The notes below the pieces were generated by a model. It did no database searches, was not told where the DNA came from, and was given only the letters and a program-made list of their open reading frames with translations. The position numbers were made by a program, and so were the translations under genes. From positions 5,426,163 through 5,490,162 of the forward strand of contig NC_081394.1 of assembly GCF_030684315.1 (NCBI RefSeq): a DNA stretch of 64,000 nt, in the 5' to 3' direction. Position 1 is the first letter of the stretch. Each line of letters opens with the position of its first letter. Shown one piece after another: positions 1 to 12,424 of the stretch. Source of the stretch: Stegostoma tigrinum (Eukaryota).

Positions 1-510
1 GAGATCTGACACCTGTCCTGGCTCATTGCCGAGCACCAAATCCAAAATGGCTCCCCCCTCGTCGGCCTGTCCACATACTGAGTAAGGAAACCCTCCTGAA
101 CACACCTGACAAAAACGGCTCCATCCAAACCATCTGCACTAAGGAGGTTCCAATCTATATTGGGAAAATTGAAGTCACCCATAACAACAACCCTGCTACG
201 TTTGCACTTTTCAACAATCTGCCGGCCTATGAGTGCTTCGATCTCCCTACTGCTATTTGGGGTCTGTAGAAAACCCCCAGTGAGGTGACTGCTCCCTTGC
301 TGTTCCTAACTTCCACCCACACTGACTCAGTCGACAAACCTTCCTCGGCAACGTCAGCCCATACCACCTCAGTAGACGAGTCCTCAAAGGTTCTTTCAGC
401 CGCCGTTATACTGTCCTTGACCAACAAAGCCACACCTCCTCCTCTTTAACCACCTTCCTTCACCTTAATGAAAGATCTAAACCCTGGAACCTGCAACATC
501 CATTCCTGAC
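1..510 (-). mobile_element. CR1 LINE fragment (APE endonuclease region)
   Basis: SVWVEVRNSKGAVTSLGVFYRP, plus DFNFPNIDW and LLGNEPGQV readable further downstream; frameshifted. Confidence 0.8.
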
Positions 511-648
511 CCTGCTCTGTCCAGGGTAAAGGGGCAGGTTTGCAAAGTCCCAGAGGAGACTGAGCAATGAGAACTTGCATTTGTAAAGCATCTTTAATGC
601 CAAACACTGGAGGTTCAAACAAAATTTGATATGGACCAACATGGTGGC

Positions 649-666
649 GGGGGGGGGGGGGGGGGG
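649..666. repeat. poly-G tract
   Basis: Run of ~18 G. Confidence 0.9.
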
Positions 667-1850
667 AGTTCAGCCAGGAGGGTAGCTTCTGCAGATTACC
701 CGAAGCTTGGTGTGGGAGGAAGGAGAGAGGTGGAGAGACAAATCTGCCTAAACTCAGACAAAGAGGTTTACGTTGTGAATTGCTGAGCCTCAGAGCCAGG
801 CAGCTGAACGGGCAGCAATGGAAATCGCAGGGATACATGGGCACAGAGATCTGAGGGCTGTATAGCTGAAGGTGGGCACAGACAGGGAGGGCTGAGGCCA
901 TGGAGGTATTTCAAAAAGGATGGGCATATTCAAATCTGTCCACCTCGGAAACTGAAATAGATTTAACGATGAAGTGCCCACAAACATATGGAGTGTAAAC
1001 ATGAAGCAGCTTACCCCTGTTTGCAGCCTCTGTATCCTCCTCACAGCTTACTTTCCCACTGAGCCTTGTATCATCAGCAAACTTGGAAAATTCCAAGGGA
1101 TGGTGATAGAGGAGTTTGGAAAGTTGTGTCATTTCTGTCAGTGTGACTATGTCCCACAGTCTCCCAAGCTGAACACCAATCCCCAGGTGTTAGTGAGGGG
1201 GCCATTACAGGGTCAGCTGGGCTGGGTGCATCATTGCTGTGCTGTGCTCAAAGCCAGTGATCCACTCTGTTTTCTTGTGGATTTTCCTGTTCAGGAGGTT
1301 CGATACAAACGGATTGATGTGCTCAGACAATCAAGGAGGGCAGTGAAAAGTCCCCCAGGTTAATGTGGGACTGGAGTCACATAGACCATACAAGGTAAGG
1401 GCGACAGGTTTCCTTCCCTAAAGGGACACGAGTGAACCAGTTGGGGTTTTACAACAATCCAACAGCTTCATGGTCACTTTTATTGGGACCAATTCTCTAT
1501 TTCCAGATTTTTATGAAGAAACTGACTTTAAAATGTAAAACTGATACACGATCTTCAAGGAGTTGTGATTAATGACTGAATGATTTCATTTCCATTGCAA
1601 GGTTAAAGCTGAGGATTGCTCTATTTATGACAATAATTCCCTGTACAGTGTACACAGCTCCTCATTTTATTTTTCGACTGGAAAAACATAGTCACACAGT
1701 AAATCTGAAAACTCTGAGAAAATTCCCTTTCTCCCTGGGATTGGGTGGAAGGGCAGGTTACACCTGGATTCATATTACCCTCCACTGACTTCAACCAGAG
1801 ACAGAAATTCAAAGATTAAACAGCGAATATCAAACAGATATCACTCTCAC

Positions 1851-3814
1851 CTCTTACAAAGAGATGGACGTGCTCCAATGAAAGAGCCATTCTCTGATAA
1901 ATGTGACACTGAAACTCCCCCAGGTCTGTCTCCCTGAGGTCAGAGATCAGAACTGACCAGTCGCCTTTTTCCAGCTGATCTTTGAACAGGGTTTGTTCTG
2001 TTTATGAGCTGTGTATCTTGTTCTCTCAAATCCTCATTCCCATCAACAAACTGGTGTACAATTTCCCTCTCATGTCTCCCCCAGATAAGTAGTAAATCAG
2101 AGACTGAGACATTCCCTTTGTAGGTACAGGGCAATACAACATGCTCCCCAAGAAACCCAGAAACTGGTACAGGCGAATCCCCCTGGAGAAGATTAATTAT
2201 CCACAGATATAACCTCCCTGCTGGTACATTACATCCCAAGCTTCATATGGTTACATTGTGATGCTGGATTTATCAAAAGCTCTGATCAGTAAGTCACTGC
2301 TGGGAAGGATAAAGCTTGGACATTGAGGATCTTCAACTAAAAACAGCTTGTGCTGGATACTTTTCAGCACTGAGCAGCTAGACAGCACTTTGGTTCACAT
2401 GTTTCCCATTTTGACACATGCTGGAGATTGGGGGCATTAGGTGAGTGTAAAATGGGACAGGGCACACTGTGACTAGATTGTAAAGTCAGGAATGGATAGG
2501 GAGGGGATACCCAACGATGGGGTGAGGGTTATTGACAGTTTTTTGAGACAGTGACAGGCAAGTGCAGGGTGTGAGGCAATGATGGTCTGAAAGGGGCTGA
2601 GACCACGTGGATCTTCACCTCCCTCCAACCCTAACCTGTCAGACTTTGCTCCCTCCCTCCTGCTCACGTCTGCCTCCTGCTATGGCCGACAGCTCAATCT
2701 CACACTCACGTTACTAGACAATTCACAGTTCTGTTTGATCCCAGACTGTCCCTGATTCCTACTGCTCAGGATCCTATACAAATCCCACTGGATCCCAGTG
2801 TCCCCTCCTTGTGTCACCGAGTATTGTTCAGTGCTCAGATGCCACTGTTCCCATCCCAGGGGTTAATCTGAATATATTAAGTGCCTTCCTTATGGCTCTG
2901 TCCCATGATCATGGTGTGGGATGTGAACCGCCTGTACCCACTCCCTCAATGGCTCCACCTGCAGCCCACATCGCACCTTAAAGCAAGATAAATTCCGGAT
3001 TCCCTCCCACCTCCAGCCTTTGATCACAGCTGAAATGTCCCAGCGGTCACAGCACTGACCTGGAACAGCAGCAACAACATTTAGCAGCAGCTGGAGGAGC
3101 GGTTTCTGTGAGGTGTGTCCCTGCAACAAGAAAACACAGTGAGCCCCTTTCCCAACAGATCCCCTTCCTGGTCAGAAAATGAAAAAAAAACAGAAATTGC
3201 TGGAGAAGCTCAGCAAATTCGGCAGCATCTATGAAAAAAAAGTCCAGTGACCCTTCCTTAGAACTTTCTTCACACATTTTCCAGCAACCTTCTGCTTTTG
3301 TTCCAGACTTACAGCGTCCGCACTTCCTTCGCGTCCCTTCCTGATCGAGTAGATGATCCGGTCCAACCCCCTGGCGATGACTGACAGATACAGCCCATGA
3401 GAAGGGCTGGGACATGGAGGCACGGAGTGAGGGGGTTGGGGACAAGTCACGCAGTGACTAAAATGACTGTTTTCTTGCCGTTTGCCAAATAAATCTTCAG
3501 GGACCATTATTTATCCCCCTTTCTAGATCCGCCCCGCAGTCTCGGTCTAACCCCCTTTTCAATGTTTCAAGAGATCACTTTACACGCTCCTGACAAGTAC
3601 CGGCACTTTCTGTTTGTATCTGAGATGGTCAGCATTTCCCTTTAATACAGAGGTTGAGTGCTGGGGGTGACGAGGGAGAGAGATCCCCCTCCTACCATGT
3701 CCCCGGGTGGGAGGCACTGACAGTAAATACCTGCACCTCCTTTCCCGGGACCGGGAGCAGGATCAGAGCCAGACACCGACAGGAGACGGAGAGAAACACT
3801 TTGGAAAGCTCCAT
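1851..3814 (-). pseudogene. Diverged IgV paralogue (exon 1 3814-3731, leader 3120-3060, V 2182-1851), frameshifted
   Basis: V is homologous (HVVLPCTY...DLREQDTQLINRTN) but has an extra G after the acceptor (G5 run) and an extra base at ~1990. No stalk or TM exon is recognisable downstream. Confidence 0.75.
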
Positions 3815-4183
3815 GTTGCAGGAAGCGCAGTTTCTTTGTGAGTCAGACGCTGCAATGTTCACATTGGCGCAGTTTGTTCGCAGAAACGATTGCGGTTCTC
3901 AGTTAAGTGCAACTTCCAAATGCATTACCTCGAAATGCATTATAAAACTTTCATTCTACGCATCAGACCGACTCACATTTGGACAGAGACGGGCTGGGGA
4001 TTGTGCCCTCCCCCGGATGTAGACTCACAGTTTTCCGGGATATCCCCACTCGGATCGCTGTCTCATTCCCATCCCTTCAGGGGAACAACAGCTTTGTGTC
4101 GGCTTTTCCCGACAGAGATTGCACCCGGATCCCTCATTCCCCCCGCACTCTCTGTGTGAGAATGGACTCAGCAGGTCTGCCAG

Positions 4184-4826
4184 AGATAATGGGAACTGCA
4201 GATGCTGGAGAACCCGGGATAACAAAATGTGAGGCTGGATGAACACAGCAGGACAATCAGCATCTCAGGAGCACAAAAGCTGACGTTTCGGGCCCAGACC
4301 CTTCATCAGAGAGAGGGATGGGGAGAGGGAACTGGAATAAATAGGGAGAGAGGGGGAGGCGGACAGGTCAAGGAGGTGGGATGAGGTTAGCAGGTAGGAC
4401 ATGGAGGTGCGGCTTGGGGTGGGAGGAAGGGATGGGTGAGAGGAAGAACAGGTTAGGGAGGCAGAGACAGGCTGGGCTGGTTTTGGGATGCAGTGGGTGG
4501 AGGGGATGAGCTGGGCTGGTTGTGTGGTGCAGTGGCGGGAGGGGATGAACTGGGCCGGTTTTGGGATGCAGTAGGGGAAGGGGAGATTTTGAAGCTGGTG
4601 AAGACCACAATGATACCATTGGGCTGCAGGGTTCCCAAGTGGAATATGAGCTGCTGTTCCTGCAACCTTTGGGTGGCATCATTTTGGCACTGCAGGTGGC
4701 CCATGATGGACATGTCGTCTAAAGAATGGGAGGGGGAGTGGAAATGGTTCGTGACTGGGAGGTGCAGTTGTTTGTTGCGAACCGAACGGAGGTGTTCTGC
4801 AAAGCGGTCCCCAAGCCTCCGCTTGG
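4184..4826 (-). mobile_element. Penelope-like element, 3' part (GIY-YIG C-terminus plus terminal repeat)
   Basis: RRLGDRFAEHLRSV...NHFHSPSHS...EQQLIFHLGTLQPNG. Ends in the abundant gataatgggaactgcagatgctggag repeat, of which short copies also occur at ~6597, ~10218, ~15745 and in each unit. Confidence 0.8.
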
Positions 4827-5800
4827 CGGACTGTGTTCATAGGGTACCCATTCTTTTTGAAAACGCTGTATAGGTGACTTTCCTCTGCTCTTCGTAGTTC
4901 CTCTGTGCTGCAGTGTGTGGTGGCTCGTTGGAATAATGTTCTAATGCAGCTTCGTTTGTGGGTGTTGGGATGGTTGCTCCTGTAGTTCAGTATTTGGTCC
5001 GTATGTGTTGTTTTCCTGTAGACGCCGGTTTGAAGTTCCCCATTGGCTGTTCGCTCTACTGTGACATCAAAAAGAATGGGTACCCTATGAACACAGTCCG
5101 CCGATTCCTCATCAATAAACCCAAACAAAGACAAAATGGGCCCAGAAACCATAAGCACTCTCCCCTACATCAAAGACATTTCCAAAATGACTGCCAGACT
5201 ACTCGGACCTCTTGGCATCAGGGTAGCCCACAAACCCACCAACACATTAAAACAGCACCTAATGAACTTAAAAGACTCTATACAGACAACAAGCAAAACG
5301 AACGTCATCTACAAAATACCTTGCAAGAACTGTGACAAACACTACATTGGACAAACTGGCAGAAAGCTAGCCACCAGGATACATGAACATCAACTAGCCA
5401 CAAAACGACATGACCCACTATCACTCGTATCCTTACACACAGATGAGGAAGGACACCACTTTGATTGGGACAACACATCCATCCTAGGACAAGCCAAACA
5501 GAGACACACACGAGAATTCCTAGAAGCATGGCATTCCAACCGGAACTCCATCAACAAACACATTGATTTGGAGCCAATCTACCATCCCCTGAGAAAAAGA
5601 ACAGGTAATGACATCACCAACCCAAGGAAACCTAACCAGATAAATAGAAAGCGGGACATAACACCAGCGCTTTGTCGGAGGCTCACTGATGTTGTTACCT
5701 GGAATGGTGACGAAATGTCTGAAAATGAACCTTCCAGCTCAGCGAGCAAACTCACATCCAGAACCTCAACCTGAGCTACAAATCTTCTCAAAACTCGCTA
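4825..5800 (+). mobile_element. Second Penelope-like element (RT C-terminus inverted plus GIY-YIG endonuclease)
   Basis: Plus-strand ORF 5136-5774 VIYKIPCKNCDKHYIGQTGRKLATRIHEH. Minus-strand 4825-5066 TGVYRKTTHTDQILNYRSNHP (PLE RT thumb region). Confidence 0.88.
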
Positions 5801-6280
5801 GGAAACACTCTGTTTGCTTGTTACACATATGTAAAAACTATATAGAACTGAACTGCTCTAGTGATTACGTGTGTAAAGATTGTTATGAATGAAGTATATT
5901 TTTGAAATGAAAAACAATGTATTTTGAGTAACTGGAACTCTCAAAGTCCCCACCCTGTACCGTAAACACCCACAGTCCTAACCACTCGCAACAGCCTCCT
6001 CCTGAGACTCCCACAATTACTGATCCCAGTCTTCAGCCAATTCCATTCACTGCAAGTCATATCAGGGACTTACTGTCAGCAGATGCAGCATCTCTGTACA
6101 TGCAGTGGCCAGCAGTCAGTAGACCCACTAATGTCTGCACAGCATCTCTTTAATTACCACTTGGAGCAAAAACTATAAGCAGAAAAGTAACAGCTATCTA
6201 CAACAGAGATCAGAAATATAACAGTAAAACAAATACAAAATAAATTACGATACAAGTTATTCATCCATTGAGTCGACAAC

Positions 6281-6425
6281 ATTAAGGGCATTTAAATGGT
6301 CATTGGATAAACATATGGATGATAATGGAATAGTGTAGGTTAGATGGGCTTCAGATTGGTTTCACAGGTCGGCGCAACATCGAGGGCCGAAGGGCCTGTA
6401 CTGCGCTGTAATGTTCTATGTTCTC
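6281..6425 (+). mobile_element. CR1 3' end
   Basis: ...gggccgaagggcctgtactgcgctgtaatgttctatgttct, a typical CR1 3' hairpin and short tandem tail. Confidence 0.75.
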
Positions 6426-7544
6426 GTGACAAATACAGCCACATCACTGATTGGAGAAGAATCTCATTCACATAAAAAAGTAACAGTTAAATATACAGAA
6501 CACATATTTGTGTTATTTTTTGTCAGATGTAGTTGCAATCTGTAAACCATCCAGATTCTGAATCTAAGAAAAACAACTGCTGGTAATTGTACCAGTGATA
6601 ATGGGAACTGCAGATGCTGGAGAGTCCGAGATAACAAAGTGTGGAGCTGGATGAACACAGCAGGCCAAGCAGCATCTCAGGAGCACAAAAGCTGATGTTT
6701 TGGAATTGTAATGACTCGCTTTGCCCATTAGGTGCTGCTGCAGAGGGATTTTCCGAAACCTCTTTCCCACATTCCCGAGAAGGACTGCAGTTGGTCAAGT
6801 CAAGATGGACGATAAACGGTGCTCTGACAGCATCATCCCACTTTAAGAACAAGTTCATGAGTTGTAACTTAAGAAGTAAATAAGGAAACTGCCTGAAAAA
6901 AATCTGACAATTCACGTTGGAGTTAGAAAGCTCAGCTTACAATGTTAAAAGGAACCCCAAACCTGTGTTTGGACACCCAGCTTGTAACAGTAACACTGAG
7001 CGATAATGCAGAATGAAATACTTGGACAGTTTTTCCAGTAAAGGGATAAAACATCCACTGGGAATTTCCCTTCTGAGATTGTGCACCTCTTTCCACCAGG
7101 AGCTACTTGATCCCCACAATACTGGGCTGATTCCCTCCTCCCTGAGCCAGGCTCAGTGCAGTGGAACAAAAGTAAAGCTGCTGGAAAAGTTCAGCAGGAG
7201 TGGCAGCATCTGTGAAGGAAAAAACAGAGTAATTCTGACCAAATGTTTGTTCCCGACTTACAGCAAAGGCAGTTCTTTAGGTTTGTATTCAGTGCAGTGG
7301 AAGCTCAGTTAAAGCTGCGCACCCCGCTCCCCAGAAGGTTTTGTTCTCCAGCGCTCAATTCCTGTTGTCACAGTGCACTGTGCTTCATCTGAACAGGTTG
7401 ACCCTCAAAGGGTCACAATTCAACGCTTCCTTTCAATTGCTGGAGTGTCGGTTTTGAACATAGTCCCAAAAGAAGAGAAACAGACAGAGTGCAAGTTTCG
7501 TTAAACAAGTCCAGCACTTTGGACAAATGTGAATTTTTCAATTT

Positions 7545-8030
7545 CTACATTCATGGGGCGGGTGAAACTGGCTGGACCAGTGTTTATTGCCTGTCCCTAG
7601 TTGCCGCTAAGACGGTGGAGGTGAGCTGTCTTTTTGAGCCACTTCAGTGGGTTGACCCACAATGTCCATTAGGGAGGGAACTCCAGTATTTTGACCTAGC
7701 AACAGTGAAAGATCAGCAAAATATTTCCCAGTCTGAAGGTGAGTGACTTGGAGGAGAATTTGCAGGGGGTGATGTTCCCATGTATCTGCTGCCTTTGTCA
7801 TTCTTCATGGAATTAGTTATGGGTTAGGGAGGTGCTTCCTGAGGATCTTTGGTGAATTTGCATCTTACAGATAGTACACAGTGCTGAGACTGAGCATCTG
7901 TGGTGAATGGACTGGATGATTCTGGAGGTGGTACCAATCAAGCGGGCTGCTTTGTCCTGGATGGTGCCAAGCTTCATGAGTGTTACTGGATCTGCACCCA
8001 TCCAGGCAGGTGAGGGAGATGTTCATGAGC
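7545..8030 (-). mobile_element. Old CR1/L2-group LINE 3' fragment
   Basis: WMGADPVTLMKLGTIQDKAARLIG, an RT C-terminal motif, followed by 3' UTR-like sequence. Confidence 0.6.
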
Positions 8031-8412
8031 ACAGACCAAATAACACTTTGCGTCATGCGGACCAAATGCAGCTGGAAAATGGGTGACAGGAGCTGTATGG
8101 TGATGGAGCACAGACTGTAGAGGAGAGGAGGCTGACGGGGGAGACACTGGGCAAAGGCTGGACACTCTACAGGGGCTGTGCTGGCTGACAGAGGGAGGGC
8201 CAGTGAGACAGTGAGGTAAACTTCCTATTCCCACTGTGAGGGTGTATGTGGGGAAAGGTGCTGGGCAGAGGCATGTGGATATTGACAGAAACAACAAAAT
8301 TCGAGATGGGCATCCCAGTGACTGAGCACACTGATGCCTGGGGTAACAGACAGGTTTGAAAATCATTTCAGTCGCTGATATAGACTGAGAGTCACTGAGG
8401 TCCCAAGCACTG

Positions 8413-8829
8413 ATCCAGTCACTTCCAACTTGTCATCCTCTCACTCACACACAGTCACCATGGATTAGAAAGAAGGAAATGTTATCCCACGGGAGAACCA
8501 GAGGATGGGGCATATATTGGGAATTTCAGGAGCTATTTGAGAAAGTCCTACAGAATAGGTTGTTGCACAAGATGAAGGCTCAGTGGATATGGTTATATCC
8601 TCACAACTAAAAATGACCCATTTGGTCTTGCTCTGTTCCTATCCATTAACCATATCCACTGAGCCCTCATCTTGAGCAGTAACCTATTCTATAGGACTTT
8701 CTCAAATAGCTCCTGACATTCCCAATATATGCCCCATCCTCTGGTTCTCCCGTGGGATAATATTTGCTCCTTTCTAATCCATGGTGACTGTGTGTGAGTG
8801 AGAGGATGACAAGCTGAAAGTGACTGGAT
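8413..8829. repeat. Inverted repeat, ~183-bp arms (8413-8595 and 8647-8829), ~51-bp spacer
   Basis: atccagtcactt...cagtggatatggtta is the near reverse complement of taaccatatccactg...aagtgactggat. Confidence 0.9.
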
Positions 8830-8962
8830 GATACTATTCAATGACAGGCTGGATTGAACCATCCTCATGGCTGGACAGAGACAGAGCCCAGCATCATTTC
8901 ATACAATTTTACACAAAGACAAAAGGGTTACAATGGGAATTATGAAATATTCCAGAACTCAC

Positions 8963-9068
8963 CAACATTTTCGCTATTGAATGTTATAAACCACAATTGC
9001 AACTGCAACTGCAACAGCAGCAATCCCAATTCCCAATCCAACTCTTGTTCTAGTGGAGTGTCCAGGAC
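8963..9068 (-). CDS. Diverged TM exon with a premature stop (tail-less)
   Basis: ctccag|GTCCTGG: GPGHSTRTRVGLGIGIAAVAVAVAIVVYNIQ* (TAG 8976-8974). Same 106-nt length as the TM exon at 29066-29171. Confidence 0.65.
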
Positions 9069-9227
9069 CTGGAGATAGAATGAAGACATGAGCAGATTGA
9101 GAGACATGAACAAAACTAACAGCAGAGACCTAGAGGCCATAACATTTCAAAACTAGCCCAGTACAAACAGATTCCTGGGTAATTCTAGTCCCAGAGGGAT
9201 GTGGGAGGTTACATACCAATGATCTCA

Positions 9228-9229
<2 letters not shown>

Positions 9230-9261
<32 letters not shown>
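9230..9261. repeat. (CA)n microsatellite
   Basis: About 16 CA units. Confidence 0.95.
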
Positions 9262-9263
<2 letters not shown>

Positions 9264-9871
9264 GGGATCAAGACACTATTTCCAATAGAAAGAACTGGAC
9301 ACTGACCAGCAGCTTCTGAGCTTATTTTAGCTTTAACCAAAGGTGGTGATGGAGTGTTATTTCTGTCAGTGTGTCTAAGTCCCACAGTCTCCCAAGTTGG
9401 ACCCCAGTCTCCAGACTGGAGTGAGGGGCACTTTGCAGAGTCAGCTTGGCTGGGTGTGTCTTTGCTGTGTCCTGATTCAATGCCTGGCTCACAGCCAGTG
9501 TTCCACTACGTTTTATTGTGGATTTTTCTGTCCAGGAGTTTGATACAAACCGATTGATGTGCTCAGACAATTAAACAGGGCAATTAAAAGTCCACCAGTT
9601 TAGTTTGGGACTGAAGTCATATGAACACCAGACCAGGTAAGGACAGCAGGTTTCCTTCCCTAAACAGACATGAGTGAACCATTTGGGGTTTTACAAAAAT
9701 CCAACAGCTTCATGGTCACCTTTATTGCGAACAGCTTCCTATTTCTAACTGTAATTCTCTGGATTATTAGTCCAGGTCTCTGGATTACTCATCCAGCAAC
9801 ATAACCCGTGTGTGACCACCCCCATGAAATCCGAGATGAAACACAGAATACCTGAAACAGAAACCCCTCAC

Positions 9872-10160
9872 CTGTTACAGAGAGATGAATGTATGGATGA
9901 AAGTGCAAACCCATCCTCTCAGAAAGCTGACACGGTACTGGTTTTGGCTTGACTCCCTGAGGTCAGAGATCAGAACTGACTGAACGCTTTGTTCCAGCTG
10001 ATCTTTGAACAGGTTTTTCTGTTTTTGAACCGTGAATCTTATTCTCTCAAATTATCACTTATATCAACAAACCTGTGTACAATTTCATTCTTGGGTGTCC
10101 CCCAAATTACCAGGAAATAAGAGACTGGGTCATCCTCTTTGTAAGTACAGGGCAGGAACA
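9872..10160 (-). pseudogene. Degenerate, 5'-truncated IgV exon
   Basis: LPCTYKEDDPVSYFLVIWGTPKNEIVHRFVDISDNLRE* (in-frame TAA), a frameshift near NRT, and no splice acceptor. The donor gtgagg is retained. Confidence 0.85.
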
Positions 10161-10675
10161 CTGACTCAGAATTGCACTATTTATAATGACAAATCATAAC
10201 CCAACTCTTACTGATATAGTAGGAACTGCCGAATCTGGAGACTCTGAGATAACAAGGTGTAGAGATGGGTGAACACAACAGGCCAAGCAGCATCGGAGGA
10301 GCAGAAAAGCTGACATTTTGGATCTAGACGCTTCATTGTTTTCTTGAACTGGAAACAGCAAACTCATGGAACCAAGTAAATCTCAATAAGATGAGAAAAT
10401 TCCCTTTCTCCCTGGGACTGGGGTTGGGGGAGCGGAAGGGCAGCTTACACCTGGATCACTGTTACTCTCCACTGACTTCACTTTCCATCAGTTTCCCAAC
10501 AGCAGGGTTGCATTCAAAGTGTACTGAGACTCTCCACACAGAATTCCAGAAACACTAATGTCAGTGGGATGCAGGGATCCTCAGAGTCCTGTATCTGAGT
10601 CCCATGATGGGATTTGAATTCTCATTCACTGGATTATTAGTCCAGGTCTCTGGACTGTTGTCTAGTAACATGACC

Positions 10676-11580
10676 AACACTGGACACCCCCAAAGAAATG
10701 TCTTCAGGCCCCTACTGTATTGCATGTACAGCTATGACTGTGTTGCCAAATTCCGAATGAACACCATCTGCAAGTTCACTGCTGACTTCAGCATGGTGGG
10801 ATGGCTATCTAACAACAGAATGGAGTTGGAGGGCTTGGCCATGTGCTGCAATAAAAACAGTCTGTCTCCCAACCGCTGCAAAACTAAAGAATTGATCATT
10901 GACTTCAGGAAGAATGGAGGAGAACATGCCTCCATCTATTTCGATGGAACTGAGGTGGAGAGGATGAAGAGCATGATGTTCCTTGAAATGACAATAACGG
11001 ACAACCTGTCCTGGACTTGCCACGTAGACGTGACAGTCAAGGAGACACGGCAATGCCACTTCTCGCTCAGGCGGCTCAGGAAATTGGCATATTGACAAGG
11101 TCCCTCACCAGCCTCCATAGAAGCACCATTGAAAGTGCTCCGTCCGGGTGTATAACGGCCTGGTACGGTAACTCTTCTGCCCAGGACTGTGAGAAACTAC
11201 AGAAGGCTGTGTGCACAGCCCAGACCATCACAGAAGCCGACCTGCCATCCGCGGACTCTACTCACACAGCTCGCTGCCACAGAAAGGCAGCCAACATCAT
11301 CAAAGACTCATCACACCCTGGTAATGACCTTCTATAACCTCTTCCATCAGGCAGAAGATACAGAAGCCTGAAAGCATGTACGAACATGTTCAGGAGCAGC
11401 TTCACTCTGGCTGTTATCAGACTGTTGAATGTCTTCTCACCTCAGCCAATGGAACCTGCAATGTAACCTGCATGCCTCTATTTGCTCTGTACATCTTGCA
11501 TGCTGTGATCTGCCTGTACTACATGTAAACAAAGCTTTTCACTGATTTATTGTCACATGTACCAAAATACAATCAATCTG
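10676..11580 (+). mobile_element. Rex1/Babar-type LINE RT 3' fragment in an intron (copies at ~16207, ~31834, ~43162, ~54494)
   Basis: KTKELIIDFRK, ITDNLSWTCH, RRLRKL and TIES.PSGCITAWYG; frameshifted. Confidence 0.8.
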
Positions 11581-12424
11581 ATGGACAGGAAGGGGTCTCT
11601 CAAAAACTTAATAACAAATTCCAAGGGCCAGTTCCAGGTAACAGTGACCCACATCACTCACTTTAGCAGACTCATTCTTTCATACAATACCACACAGCAT
11701 TGCAAACCACCAATGTCGCTCCCTGTTTATCCCGCATGATCAAATGTAAGATATGAAAACACAGCAATATTTTACACACAGATTTACCTGGTACAGTTGT
11801 GTTTGGTCCAGCTGTAGGAGCTCGCTCTAAAGAAAACAACATGCGTTTGGTACAGTGTGTGAAACAAACTGCAGAAATGTTCAGAGATTCTATCGGGCTT
11901 TAGGGAAACACATCCAAGGAGGAATGAGGATTGGGTCAAACTGATCAGGAGGGATCAAGGACAGAATGGGAGTGAAAATTCCAACAAGATTGTGTTATCT
12001 GTAGAATGGAAGTTTTCCAGGGTTTCCCTGAGCAGGATCATTCCCAGCAGCTTTCATCCCCCTGTGGGGACAATTCTCACAGGATCCTGGACCAAAAGGG
12101 AGACACTTTCAAGCTCAGTCTTCAGAGCCTTGTAAAGGCTGCATCGGGGGTTCTGTGGGTCCCACGTCCTGCACCCCAACCTCTGGAAACAGAAACGCCA
12201 TGTTTCTGGGAAGGAAGTGTAGGTTATGGCACATACAGTTATATGACATATTGGTCTGTCTTTAGTTTGGCCTGAATTAGACTTGGAGTCTGTTCAGTTA
12301 TGTTCTGTTTTGTTTTCTCTCTCGTGGTTTAAAACTGATTGAAGCTCTGAATAAATCAGAGCATGGTTAATGTCAGACTGGAGTCACACAGACCAAGTAA
12401 GGGCACCAGGGTTTTATACCAAAA

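Noticed and set aside
6490-7480. Possible cytoplasmic-tail exons for the 9-kb TM exon
   Set aside because: Several acceptor-like sites exist, but there is no consistent frame, no counterpart recognised in the young units, and the upstream TM exon already stops.
10604-11337. Recurrent 163-aa and 106-aa ORFs as host genes
   Set aside because: They are frameshifted Rex/Babar RT fragments. They recur only because of the duplication and have an extra stop in units A and B.
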